NCBI GenBank assembly: GCA_038496445.1 | Contig: JALMLS010000564.1 | Coordinates: 434,001-498,000 of the forward strand | Source: Trichosphaerium sp. ATCC 40318 | Taxonomy: Eukaryota > Protista > Tubulinea | Length of the DNA stretch: 64,000 bases | Direction: 5' to 3' | Part shown: positions 37,521 through 50,726 of the stretch, piece after piece | Position numbering within the stretch: the first letter of the stretch is position 1 | Layout: the number at the start of each line of letters is the position of its first letter | The notes under the pieces: generated by a model | Databases searched by the model: none | What the model was told of the DNA's origin: nothing | Seen by the model: the letters and a program-made list of their open reading frames with translations, nothing else | Made by a program: the position numbers and the translations under genes

Positions 37521-40500
37521 TTAGGTTAGGTGCCCATTCAACCAAACGATTGCCTTTGCTTTTGTTGTTGAACTCCACATAGCTCCTTGATTAACCAAAC
37601 CAATCAATTGAAGTTTTGAGTATTTCTAAAACGAGAAAAAGTTAAAGACAAAAAAGTACTTGTTTGTCAACTAAATCGTACATTTGCTTTTTTAATCCAT
37701 TCTAACATGTCATCATCAGGTAAATAGTACGCTTTGATGTAGTCATCAAGGAACTTATAATGAGCTGAGACATCAATTGATATCGACTTTTTTAACTCTA
37801 GAGTAAGAGCAGTATAATCAAGAGCCATCACAGCTCGACCTTGTGTGCTGCACTATCGGTACAAAGTCAGAACAAGTCAGAAAAAAATAAAATGCTTTTC
37901 TACGAGTGATCTTAAAAATACTCATTTTGCACGCACCTTTTTCGCTTTTGACCATCCTTCTACTATACTATCACTCGCCATAAACACCATACTATTCAAT
38001 AATATATTCACAACGTTCTTGGGAAGAGATGTGCCCATAGATTTTAATGACTTTAACCGTTTTGAAAACTTGGAAATTTTGGTTGTGATTGCTTCAACAT
38101 AAGGGTTCGCATTTATAGGTATGTCCTCCATATTCCAGTTGCAAGCAATAACTTGTTGTATCACATCATCACGCTTCATAGATAATAAGAATAAAGAAAT
38201 AGTACAGCAAAGAACAAAACTTCACATGCCTGAAGCATCGTCGCTGTGAAACCTTTGTAGATGTGGTCACGGAGTTCTGTGATGATACCAACGCTTTGAT
38301 CTGAGTGGGGTGGTATTAGTAATACTATATAAAAGGAAATCTATTCATACCATAGAAGCTCTGAAGATGGGATTTTTGGTTCTTTGATACAAGCACAAAG
38401 GAAATAGGGACTTTTAATTGTTCCATCATTCTTTTAACAAATACCAATGATTCAGCGGCAGTAGCACGATGTTGTACACCAAGTAGTGAGTGCATATTGT
38501 TCAAGTCAACCATGGATGTTAATTCTACTGGTGCAATGCGTATACCAGTTTTAGAGTTTACTTGAATACCAGCGCTACCTGTACAAAGTTAACCTTTCAC
38601 AATGTGGATCTCTAAAAAAGTGTAATCCAAGACGTACCAACAGAAGCGTTATTAGAGAGTATCAAGGTGTCTTGTATACGAGATAAAGAGCCGTCAAGTA
38701 GCCTAGAGCATCGCACAAAGTTCTTTGGAGGACCAAAGAAGTCAGATACAGTATATAACTTAGTAGTTAAGGATAAACTCTGAGGGTTTTATCAAAAAAA
38801 AAAGCACTTTGAAAAAGGTAGGATACGAAAAATTCTAGGACATTTGCAATGCCACGTAAGACTTGTAACGATATTGGTTTGAGAATCTTCATCATGGAGC
38901 AATACTTGCCCAGAAATCGTGCTACATTTATGGTTGAGGTTGTAATTAGTGGTGCTTCTTTTACTTCCTAAAGCTTGTCAATTTAAGGTATCATCAAAGG
39001 ATTGTACTTCATCTCCCTCGTCGACAGACTCGCTCAAACTTGAAGAAGATGTTCCTACATAGTGTGTCAATCAAGTATTGATGAACTGAAGCTAGCTACA
39101 TTACCATTTGCGCCATTCTCAGGAGGTAATTCAGCAGAGAAAGGATTACCATTCTTAATAAAATTATCAAAAAAGCTCAACTTTTCATCAACTGGAGCTG
39201 GTAATAGGTGTGTATCCAAAATAAACCTCTTAATCTCAGGTACATCATTAACACCAAAACCTGGAGACACAGGACATCCTGCCCACGTTTCATTCTCCAA
39301 AATTTGCCGTAAATTCTACAAAACGTCCAAAAATATTAGCACATTTTTTGATTGTTGGTTGCTGTTGGCAAATGTAAGCGTACTTCCATGGATTTGTGGT
39401 GAAAGGATTCATAGTATTTTTTACTATAAATCTTCAATGCATCTTTGAGCTTTGTTGGCGGCTTCTGAGTAAACTCTTCCCCAACAGCAATAAACTACAG
39501 ATCAATAAACAATAAACACATAAAGCAGATAAAATATATCTCTTACTGTATTAAGAAGATCAAGGACTTCCAAGAACTTCTCAAGCTGAAATTGGCTGAT
39601 ATTTCCAGAGGCAACCTTGTATAAAGTAAGACTAAAGATTTCTACGTTCGAGGGGTTTCCTTTCAACAAGGTAAATAACAACATACCATAATAGACATGC
39701 GTTGCTCCATTTCATCCCACAATTGTCCTTTAGATGCCAGCATTGATTTTTTTGTACTAGCGTAGAACGCTCTTAGGCCTTTATCGACTTTCTCGTCACT
39801 TCAAAGTTAAGAACAAAAAAGAAAAAAGGGTAATGATTTTACATCAAAGAATTGAGAAGGTAGGATACACAGACTCGCTCTCTAGGAATCGTATCATGTT
39901 ATAATGTCGGTAAATTAACTCTGCGAATTGTTCCATTATAAGTCGTATACAAGAAGCGTATTGATCTTCCGGTAATCGCCCGGCCAAGCGCTTAAACTTT
40001 TTTCTAAAAACGCCTAAGAAAAAAAGTCTGTATTGTGCTTAGATTACCGTTTTAATGATTCTGCGTCGTCTGCCAGTTTTGGGTTCATCAGTACATGTGC
40101 GTATAATACGTTTTTAGATTGCACACGCACAGCCCTACCAAAATGAAGCATCATAAGCTCCACAAGCCTGAAATTCTTTTCTTTTGACTTCACACAATGA
40201 TACGCCAGTAGAACTTTACGGAACATATCTGCAGTAAAATGATCTGTACACATGACAAAGAGCACACTATTTAACTTCGTTTTTACAACCCTATAAAACT
40301 TCTACAGGTCGTGTCAGATTTAATAAAAAAATAAAAAGTCTCAAGTAAAGAAAATTGATAATTAACTATTGGCGTACGTCTAGGTTCTTTTCGTATCCTT
40401 GTATAGCCTTAATCCCACCAGTATTCTGTACTAAATGTTGTGCAGCATGGACGAGCTTCACAGCACCGACAAGGTCGCCATTCTGAAGAGTGACACGCAA

Positions 40501-41284
40501 GTCTTTTTTGAGCACAACAATCTTCTTAATGTCCAATAACACCTTGATTAGGGCTTTCAAAATTTCTCGTCTTCTGTAGAGTGCAGTAGGTACAATGCCC
40601 TCAGATGCTAATAGGGTTTTGGCCGATTTTAAACTATCTCTAGACATTTTGCAATCGCGTGTTGTGACGCTTAGGGACAAGCTAATATGCTGTATTTTAC
40701 GCATTGCCAATACTAACGGAGGATTATGGGCAACTGACAACAAAAGTAAAGTAGGCGTACCAAAATCGTCATAGCTGTTCATTACTTTATTGGTGAGCTG
40801 TGCTGAAACGATGTCAAGGTCCTAAACATTTTTTCAGCAACGCAGATCACTTTTTTGGGTGTTATGTTTTACATACCGCTTGACGTTCGATACATTTACG
40901 TTTTATGTGACCCTCAACGTCATCTTCAGGTAGATTTGCGAAAACGCTAGCAATTGGGTCAAAGCCCGCTTCAAAGTAACCTCTTGGTAATCCTGGTAAC
41001 AGATCTTTGGCAGGTGCCTCAGAAAAATCGTTAGCAAATTATATTTTCCTCTATGTTGTGTGATTGTTCTCCATTACACTTACAGACGCCGCCATTTGAC
41101 TTCGGGACCTCATTGGTCGTGTTTTAGGCATCTTGGTTACAATTTTCTTACTGTCACTACTTTTAACGCCATTACTTGCTACTTTGTTATCATTGTCGTC
41201 AAAAGGATTTTTGGACTCATCAAACGGATTACTGGGCTTCTCGTCATCAAATGGGTTCCCTTGGGGAACAGAATCATTCTGCAT
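37521..41284 (-). CDS. VPS50: Syndetin / VPS50 (EARP complex)
   Basis: LWDEMEQR, LENETW, KPISLQVL..I..VLEFFLYTV..FFG, AAESLVFV, NPYV, VEGWSKAKKCSTQGRAVMALD, DYIKAYYL. Confidence 0.85.
38759..38826 (-). other. Putative U12-type GT-AG intron (68 nt) in VPS50
   Basis: Donor GTATCCTACCTT, branch site TCCTTAAC followed by TACTAAG; removal restores EFF|LYTV in frame. Confidence 0.7.
39799..39868 (-). other. Putative U12-type GT-AG intron (70 nt) in VPS50
   Basis: Donor GTATCCTACCTT, branch site TTCTTAAC followed by TTTGAAG; removal eliminates an in-frame TGA. Confidence 0.65.
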
Positions 41285-41475
41285 TTTTGTCAGAGCGAAA
41301 GCCGCTTTGACGTTTCGGTTACAACCCAAATTCTGGCAAAGACATATTCCTAATGTCAACTTCTACAGTCACAATTTTTCAACTAATCTTGCAATAAAAA
41401 AATTGGTCATTAATTTAATTTTTTATACACGACGTCAAGAGCGACAGATGAGATTACAGTATTATGGCGAAATCA

Positions 41476-42423
41476 TCAACAGCAAGTTTTCTTGGGTGGC
41501 TCCAGTTCTTCAACAGGAGCTTTCTGACAAATTGTTAAGTAAAGTTTATGTGCATTTGTTACCTCGTCTGCAAGGCTTATACCACGTTCCCTACCGGGCC
41601 CATGTCGCTGTGCTAGAATAACATCTTTGCTAATTAGCGTGTGACGTTTTATCACGTGGGTACCGTGTGCTAATTCTTCCATTACTTCATCTATATTTGT
41701 ATTTTCTTTACATGATGTTGTCAAAAAATTAATGCCTAGTTCCTCAGCTAGGGCGGCACCCTGCTCGAATAACTCTTTGTAGCCATCAATAACATCAATT
41801 TTGTTAGCTAAGATACTCAATCAACAGAGTAGGGAACTTGGTTATTGTACCAATGAGAAGGATTGGGATATTGGGATCATCTACCTTTAGTTTTAGGTCT
41901 GCTATCCACTTCTTTACGTTAAAAAACGTTTGTTGTCTCGTAATATCGAATACGACAATAGCTCCTACAGAACCCCTGTAGTACAGTCTTGTCATTGAAG
42001 AAAATCGCTCTTGACCAGCCACTAGCTGATTTGTGAGCTACAAATTGTATCCCTAGTGAGTACTCACCATCCCACAGTTGAAGCGTTACAGTCTTGCCCT
42101 TAACAGTTACCACCTTAGATGCCAAGTCAACGCCTACAATGGTCAGTACAGCTATAAAAATTTAAATCACGTACCAACAGTTGCTGTGTAACTGTCATCG
42201 TACTTTCCCTAACGGAATGTTAGTGACCTGGTATGTCACGTGTTCTATTTTTTTTTTTGTTTCTTACGTATATTAGGCGTTGAATCAACGCAGTCTTTCC
42301 ACAACCGACGTCACCAATTACAATTACTACCAAAAGCATGATTTTCGAAACACTACACTATTACATACCCTTAATAATATCAGTGTCTTCGGTACCGTAG
42401 TTGTTTGCGTTTGTGGCACTCAT
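41476..42423 (-). CDS. Rab GTPase, Rab32/38-like
   Basis: KVIVIGDVGCGKT, TVGVD, LWDVAGQERFSSMTRLYY, ANKID, TSCK, C-terminal CC. Confidence 0.9.
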
Positions 42424-42505
42424 TGTGGGTCAACGACAGAGCAACACTTTGCTGTATGTGAAGTATTTTGACTGGAGTAAATCGAGAGTTTACACCAGCT
42501 TCACA

Positions 42506-43651
42506 ATGAGACTCGTGACCTTTTGCAAAGGAGATAAAGTACTAAGAGTGGGTGCCCTACGCAACGAGAAGAAAGATGTAGTCGATTTATCATCAACGTG
42601 GTCCAGCATGCGCTCGTTTATCACAGAAGGCACGTTAAACGCTGTTTGTTTGAAACGCCAACTGAAAAATTTTTGTAGGCGAACCAGCACTGGAAGCAGC
42701 CTCTAAGATGGTAAAGGAAGCCACTGATACCCACGCACTTGCTGATGTTGTGATTAAAGCCCCAATTTACGACCCTGAAAAAATTGTGAGTTTTGAAATG
42801 TCACGCGAAAAATGACTTCTAACAATCACACAGGTATGTATTGGCCTAAACTACAAAGATCACGCAGCAGAAAGCGGCATGACAATTCCAGAAACACCTG
42901 TATTCTTTGCTAAATATCCACCAAGTATTATTGGTCCTAACGAAACAATAATACTCCCTCCTGTACAACTTAGAGCTTTCTATTTTTTGTTCTTTTTACT
43001 AACAGTAACCAGGAAAGTAAGGAGGTAGACTACGAAGTAGAGATGGTTATTGTTATTGGTAAGAAGGGTAGAAGAATCAAGAAGGAAGACGCCATGAACC
43101 ACGTGCTTGGATACACAGGTATCACGTTTGGTAATAGTTTCTTGTTACCTCACTGACCTTTTTAGTCGGGCACGACGTTTCTGCACGTGACCTACAGTTG
43201 GGTGGGGCGAAGCAATGGGTTAAAGGAAAGTGCTGGGAGACATTCGCACCAATTGGACCTGCGATTGTAACAAAGGATCTAATACCAGACATTCATAAAT
43301 GTCGTATTTGGTGTAGCCTTAATGGTAAGATGATGCAAGACTCAAACACGGACCAACTAGCATTTAACGTCCCAGAACTGGTACTCCACAGCAAAAACAT
43401 TACTAAGTGTTAACATTACCAAGGTCTCATACTTGTCCGGTGTAATGACGTTGACTCCTGGAGATCTTATTTTCACAGGTACAATTTTCGCGTACTGAAA
43501 CGTTATAAAACGTGATTTTTACTTAGGAACGCCGCCTGGTGTTGGTTTTGCGCGTAAGCCTCCTGTTTTCTTGAAAGAGGGCGACAGCGTTACTGTTGGT
43601 ATTGAAGGTTTGGGTGAATTAACGAACAACGTTAAGGACGAACAATTGTAA
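42506..43651 (+). CDS. FAHD2: Fumarylacetoacetate hydrolase domain protein 2-like
   Basis: [60 protein letters not shown]; first intron is GC-AG (42630-42678). Confidence 0.9.
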
Positions 43652-43787
43652 CGCGAGTTCAGAAAATGATTGTAATGAATGATGTGCTAGAGCGTTATTA
43701 CGCACGTTAAAAAACGTGAAAAATTGTTTAAGTCTACTATTCAGTTTTAGTTTACTCAATACCATTTAAACACCTCCGCAAACTAAA

Positions 43788-45136
43788 ATGAGCAACCAAC
43801 TTGATGCATTGAAGGCTTTGACAACTGTTGTCGCCGACTCAGGTGATTTCGAGTCATTTAAAGACTTGAAGCCTCAAGATGCTACCACCAATCCATCCGT
43901 GCGTATAGACAGCAATTTATCTGTTTTCGGAAGTAGAGCTCACCTCAATTTTCTCCGTAACCTTACACGTACGCTTTAGCTCATTTTCAAAGCTGCCGCA
44001 CAACCTGAATACCAAGCGCTCTTCGATAAGGCACTCGACACAGCTCGTGCTCAAAGCAAAGACTTGGAGGAGCAAGTAAAGATTTCACTCGATCAACTCG
44101 CTGTCAACTTCGGCGTTGAGATCCTAAAAATCATTCCTGGTCGCGTCAGCACTGAAATTGATGCTCGTCTTTCCTACAACACTCAAGGAAGCATTGATAA
44201 GGCTATGCAACTCTTCAAGATGTACGAAGGTACGCAATAATGAGTAACAGGACAGTTTGGTCTTAAATTCTCTAGCCGCTGGTGTAGACCCTAAGAAACG
44301 TGTTTTGTTCAAACTAGCCAGTACTTGGGAAGGTATCAAAGCCGCTGAGCACCTTGAGAAGCAGGTACAAACTTGGAAACATTATTTTTTATTTTGTTAC
44401 ATTTTGGTTATTTTCCTTACGCAGTACAGGGCATTCATACAAACATGACCCTCATGTTCGGTTTCTGCCAAGCTGTTGCCTCCGCTGAAGTTGGCGCCAC
44501 TTTGGTCAGCCCATTCGTAGGAAGGATCTTAGGTGCGTGTTACAATTAGTAGATGTTTTCGCTCCTTGCGGACAAAGTACTATGTATTGAAAAAAACATC
44601 CGTTTGACTTACTTACTGCATTACTCACGCCTATCATAGATTTCTGGAAGAAGGAAACTGGTAAGACTTACACCGCTGAAGAGGATCCAGGTGTCTTATC
44701 CGTAAGATCAATCTACAACTACTACAAGAAATACGGCTACAAAACAATTGGTGCGAATTTTTTTTTTTCTATGTTGTTTACAATTTCTTGTAGTTATGGG
44801 TGCCTCTTTCAGATCTAAGGAAGAAATCCTCGCTCTTGCTGGCTGTGACTACCTCACAATTGGTACTGTGCACAGTCTGTACATCAATCTAATAATTTAT
44901 TAGCACCAAAATGGTTGAAGGCTATGGCCGAGTGCACTGAGCCTGTCCCAAGACATTTGAGCGTTGAGGAAGCCAAAAAGACATCAGTTGAGAAAATGAC
45001 ATTTGATGAAGCTTCTTTCCGTTGGGCTCTTGGTGAGGACGCTTGCGCTACCACCAAGCTTGCTGAAGGTATCCGTAACTTCGCTAAAGACACTGTAAAA
45101 CTTGAAGCCATCATCAGAGAGCGCCTTCAAAAGTAA
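43788..45136 (+). CDS. TALDO1: Transaldolase
   Basis: [74 protein letters not shown]. Confidence 0.97.
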
Positions 45137-45866
45137 ATTGTTGTTATAAACAGGTAATAAACTGGTTACAGTTAAAATCACTGCACGTTTGTTTATTTCT
45201 CACGGGGTAACTACGCTAAAGCTAATTCAATAGTTGGCGTATATTAAGTCTACAGCGTTTAGAGTATAGTTTATACTTGCGTAGGGTTGTCAGAAACCGA
45301 ATTCTCGCCAGCTGTCTTAGGTTTTTTACAACTTTCGCAACAAAATGTAGACAATGTAATAGAGCTTTTTTATTGGACCAAACCAATATTATCAAGTATC
45401 AGTAAGTATAAGCACGTTTTTCTGACATTTGTGTACATTTTTTACTTTTCTTGACGCTCTAGAGTAGAATCAAAAACTGCCAAAACACTCCTTACTGGTT
45501 AACAACGCGCCATATACACGTACCATATCATCAAATAGAAAATCAAATTTGTAAAGAAAGGGCAATTCGCCAAAACACGCCACAAAAGTTCTATTTATGT
45601 TTTAAATGCCTTTTCAAGCGTTATTTTTGATAGTCCGGCGCTATAAAGATTTGTAACATTTGACGCCTCAGTACTTACATCCTAGGTGTAGATAACGGAC
45701 CACAGTGTACAGTAAACATAAAACAAGAATAAAGTGTGCGGTGTAAGGCATCTTAAGCATCACCGAGTTTATTGGTAAGTCAGAAAACAAGATAATCTCG
45801 GAGTCACCTCACAGCAATACTTCAATCTAGTTAAGCACATAGCATAAAAAAAAATACCTGACACTC

Positions 45867-47840
45867 ATGGTACCCGCTACAGCTCCTCCGCCAGAAGCGC
45901 CAATGGACATAGGGCCTATTGTAGAGCTTCTAAAAGATTCAGACCCGGATGTTGTAATAGAGGGTCTACGTGAGATGAAAAGCCTGTATCACTCGTCCAG
46001 TACGTCTATGCAGTCCAAAGGACTAAAAAGTAAAAAAAAACCTTCTAAACGGCTAGTGACACTTGCCGAAAATTAGTTCACACGCACAAGTATAAAAGCG
46101 CTAAAGTATCTGTAGCTAGGTATCGTACTCTAATTCTACAAGGCAATTTAAAAACCTTGGTCGTGCGGCATGCTTATAGCGTTCATGAAGACTTGGTGGC
46201 AAGTGCAGTGGGTGTATTGTGGAACTTTTCTGCTTGGGAGGAAAATAAAGGTTCGGCAGTAATGACTATTTGCAGTATCTTTCCTGTACCATTGTAACCA
46301 TATTCCAGAGGCGTTGGTAGATGCTGGCGCTATACCTGCTGCGTTGAGGTACGCAAGTAGATGATACTACAAAACTCTGACCAATGGTAGAATCATTGGT
46401 GCGGAACACAATTATAATGACGAACATATAATGCAAGGTGCTGTGGCCATTCTTTCTAATCTATCCGAGTATCGGTTTGACTCAGGTGTGTTTGTTATTT
46501 GAATCTTTACCAACAAGCTTTTGTATTGCGTCTAATAAGAAAATTAGGTGCTTACAACCAGAGACAAAAAAAAGTGCTAAAGCACAAGCCCTTACGCGTT
46601 CTTCAAACTGTGCTAGGAGCACGTAATCGCAAGAGTAGCACAGAATTTTTGTTGTGTCTTACAACAGTAAATCTACTCGCATCTCGTACGTTCCTGTGTT
46701 CTAACAATTATGTCAAAAAAAAAAAGTCCGAAAAAACCAACCTGATGTAGGCAACACCATAAGGCGACGTACAGAAAAAAGATGTCTTGATAATGTAGAA
46801 AAGTTTAGAAAGAAGATGGAAGCCAATGGGGTGAGTCGAGCGTCAAGATTAATAATCTTCCAATTTGTTGTTGTTTTTAGCTAATGTCCTCTTTCTCGAA
46901 TAGGCTGGAGAACGTATTAGTTATAGTTGGGTACAAATAAATTTACTAATGGTTTCAGCTTCAAGAAAATGCCTAACATATTTTTGTAGATTACGTACAT
47001 GCCCATGGTAGCATTACTGCATTCTAAAATTGTTGAAGTAATAAGATTTGGATTATGCTCACTCGCATGGAATTTACGTACGTCCACGAGTAGTAACCTT
47101 TTTTGTAAAATGCTGACTTTATCGTCATAGAGGAGAGTCAAGCGTTTGAACGCAAAGTACATAAAAGTGTGGCACTTACGGGCTCATGGCAAAAGTTCTG
47201 TTCCCTTGCTAAGTGTGAAGATAAAATAATCAGCACTAAAGCTGCTGAGATTCTGAAGAGGTTTCATGGTACGTGTTTAGCGTTATTGCTACCTTACCAG
47301 CATGCAATCGTTCTGACGCATTGTAGTTAATGAATCCGTGCTACCATCGCCCGTAAATCACTTGGCTGTAGACATGGGCGGTCTACTTTGTAGCGACACT
47401 TTGGGTACTTCAGATCAAATGGTAAATTTGTTGGTTGATGGCAGTTCCATTCCTGTACACAAGGCGATCTTATGGGCGAGGTGCGGAACAGAGTATCTGC
47501 ATCAACAAGACACTAACTTCCACTTATGTAGAGTGCCTCAGTTCCGCAGTGACATACGTATACTATCCAGTGAAATTACCTTATCGCCTGATGTGTCTGC
47601 CACTGCAGCAGCTGCTGTTGTTCGCTATTTGTACACTAATGACATCCAGCTTACATGTTCGAATTTTAAAGACATTAGAGGTACGGCAATTGCCTGTTTT
47701 CGCTTGTGATGACCATCGTAGTTGCTGCTAAATGGTTTGACTTGAAAGGATTGGAGCGAGAGTGTGTTAACTGGCGCAAGCAATGTAAGAGTGTTTCTCA
47801 GTGTATGAGTGTAAATTTTGATGGTGTGTACCTCAAATAA
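45867..47840 (+). CDS. Armadillo-repeat + BTB domain protein
   Basis: AVGVLWNFS...ALVDAGAIP, GAVAILSNLS (ARM); LVDGSSIPVHKAILWAR.PQF...VVRYLYT (BTB); end approximate. Confidence 0.7.
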
Positions 47841-48007
47841 TCCTAAAAGTGTTGTAATATGATTATATTTTATGTATACCAGCGTCTTTCACTGTTGTTT
47901 TGTTTGTTGGGCAAAGTTCAAGTCAAACTCAAACAAGTCATCGAAATTCAATTTTTTTCGTATTTTATCTTTAGCCTAACGTAACGGCCTTTTTTTATAC
48001 CCACAAG

Positions 48008-49185
48008 ATGGGAAGCACGGAGAGCAAACCTACAGCAACCCCCACAGGTTCTCACTTGCTTATTCAGCGAAAATAACTAGATGGTAGAGGGAGATGTATC
48101 AAACAAGGCTACAACGCAATTACACGTTACTGACATGCTAAAAACGACCAAATATGAAATGAAGTATTTAGAAAACAATCCAAAGCCTACTGTTGTCAAT
48201 ATACCTCCAGAGGGTGCCTTTCTAATCGAGGGTTTGCTTGCTCCAGGTATAGTCAACGGATAAAAAACTCTACACCTCAATAACTGTATTTATAGAAGAG
48301 TGTGCTCAATACATAGAAATGGCTGAAGAGATGGGTTTCGAGGTGCACTAATAACACGTGATTGGTAATTTCTTACGTGTTTTAGCCTTCTCCATTACGC
48401 AACTTGGGCACCCTGAATAGCGATGTTGCAACTAGAAATGCTGTAACAATGTCAATCCGTAACAGTGAGAGGGTAATGCTAGATATCCCTGACTACATAG
48501 GTCACGAGCTTGTAAAGCGATTGTACGATGTACGACTATTTGTTCATTCGCAATTTATTCCGTTATGCGTCATATTTGCATTAGATGCTTCCTCCAGTGC
48601 TGGAGTGCGAAGGAGACTCATGGGAACGCGTTGCATTAGGTGAAGGTATGGCAGGAGGGTGCTTAAATAAAAGATGGCGATTTGGAAGATACAAACAAGG
48701 CAATTACTTCAAACCTCATTTTGACGCTGGATACGTTGTATGTTATTCTAGTATTGCTTCCAAACCACTGTGTACAGTTGCTAACAAATGAGATACAGTA
48801 CAGCAAAGACGAAAAAACAATCTTGACATTTATTTTGTACTTGAATGATGGATTTACAGTACGTTGGACACCCTGGTAAATTACACTGAATTCTAATCCT
48901 CTAAGGGTGGTGAAACTATTTTTTTCCCTGGAAACCAGAAAAGTACATGGGAACCAGGAGTTGAACATAAGGTTGTCCCGAAAGCTGGTAAGCACATTTA
49001 GCCAAAAATAAGTGAAATGACATTTTAGACATTTCATTTTGACACTTGACACTTTAGGAATGGCGTTATGTTTTTTTCAAGCAGGCAAACTTAATCATCG
49101 CCACGAAGGTGCCACGTTGACTGATCCTAAAAAATTCAAGTATATACTAAGATCAGATGTTGCGTATAAAAAGCAGAAGCAGTAG
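48008..49185 (+). CDS. 2OG-Fe(II) dioxygenase (prolyl-4-hydroxylase-like), probably N-myristoylated
   Basis: MGSTESK; LNKRWRFGRY..GNYFKPHFD, TFILYLND..GGET, HRHEG, KYILRSDV. Confidence 0.85.
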
Positions 49186-49565
49186 AAAAAACAACCTTGT
49201 AGATAACGACCTGAAAAATAAAAAAGTTGAAAGTAAGTTTTCTTTAACTAGTTTGTTTTATCTATCTAACAAGCACACGTGTTTCTTTACTTTTTGATGT
49301 ACATCATGATGGCCTTGTTTTCCAGGCCAGTATGAAAATGATGAAGAAAAGGTGTTTGCAAAGCACTTGAAGAACCAGTACAAAATAAAAAAAGAAAAGG
49401 TTCATCATGGTTTTTTTTTTTCAGACTTTCTGTGTTTAGGGTGGCGTAAACATTAAGTTGCTAGTGAAAGTAAATAAAGTAGGCACAGTCAACTAGAATT
49501 ACATGGTTTATTTACAAGGTTTTTTTGTTGTTGGATTTCTGTTCCTTGGCGCCCATCACATCATT

Positions 49566-50534
49566 CTAATAATGAGTCGAATACCTTGTGGAGGCATTGG
49601 GATCAAAGATTTCTTGATACAATCCATCTAAGGATCCCAAGTCCTCCGAGTAAGAATCTGGCGTACCTACTTCTTCCTCAACCTTGTGCGCGTTGAAAAT
49701 CAATTCTCGTACAGCATCACCTTGGTCACCTCTCAGAAAAGTGCTAACTACTTTACGCATTTTAACAGGACGAGAGGACACCGGGAGACGTTGATACGCC
49801 GCGAGTAAATTGGAAAAAGCAGACTCAAAAGAGTCAAAAGGCGTACTGCTAGAAGAATGGCTAGTAGCGGATTCAGGTGTATTTGGTGCGGTAGGAAAAT
49901 CGCCCAAGGCAAACGAATTCAAATCAGGAAAATCTGCGAAGTAAGAAGAACTGCTAGTACTTGTGGTGGGCGTCTGCGTTGTTGGAGGTTTCTCTAATAC
50001 TCTAGTGAGGAGTTGGGATTGGGAGTTTAACTGTTCTCTTATTTGTTGCAGTGCGTCAAAAATGTCTTCTCCGCGGGCACGTTTTAAGCCTCGCTGTGGT
50101 TTTGGCGTTGTTGCGGATATCTCTAGTTTTCGTCTTCTGATGACTTGTTGTTTAGATACGCTTTTAATAGGGCAAGTAGTGGTAGAAGTGGATGCGCCAC
50201 TTGGGTCTGTGCATGTAACTCGTATTACGAAGTTGGTTTTGAACTGAGATGACAATACGTTCAATTTAACGTTAACTATAGCTTCAGTGCGATCGTTTGT
50301 CAGCCTGGATGTGTATTGAAGTGGATTAGAGACCAACGGTATTTCGCGTAGATTTTCGTCGAATAGCTCAAGGTTTAGCGTCGAATGCGCCATACTTAAC
50401 AAAGGCACAAAACAAACGTTTACAGAGAAAGCCGTATTTCGGACAACGTAAACTAATCGCTCCGACACGCCGTTCTTTGCGTATGTTTCAGTGTGGGGTG
50501 CGTGGTATGCTTTAATTTGTAGAGAAGGTGTCAT
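49566..50534 (-). CDS. CudA-family transcription factor (intronless)
   Basis: VVRNTAF...PLQY...VKLNVLSSQ..FVIRV...PIKSVSK and C-terminal FESAFSNLLAAY..L....RPVKMRK match recalled CudA/SpaA-family motifs. Confidence 0.75.
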   Translation of the reverse strand: MTPSLQIKAYHAPHTETYAKNGVSERLVYVVRNTAFSVNVCFVPLLSMAHSTLNLELFDENLREIPLVSNPLQYTSRLTNDRTEAIVNVKLNVLSSQFKTNFVIRVTCTDPSGASTSTTTCPIKSVSKQQVIRRRKLEISATTPKPQRGLKRARGEDIFDALQQIREQLNSQSQLLTRVLEKPPTTQTPTTSTSSSSYFADFPDLNSFALGDFPTAPNTPESATSHSSSSTPFDSFESAFSNLLAAYQRLPVSSRPVKMRKVVSTFLRGDQGDAVRELIFNAHKVEEEVGTPDSYSEDLGSLDGLYQEIFDPNASTRYSTHY

Positions 50535-50726
50535 GCTTGTGTAACTTATTGTTATTTGAAAGTCAACGGCAGTACGCTGGAGTCAGTTTTTCATTGAAAC
50601 TAACGAAAAATGTTATAAATTTCATAAAAATTTCGGACATTTCGTTGAAAGTTTTTACGCCAACTTGTAATTTTATTTCGACTTCTTGTTTTGTACTTAT
50701 TACTTGTCTGGTAGAGAGTACACCTA

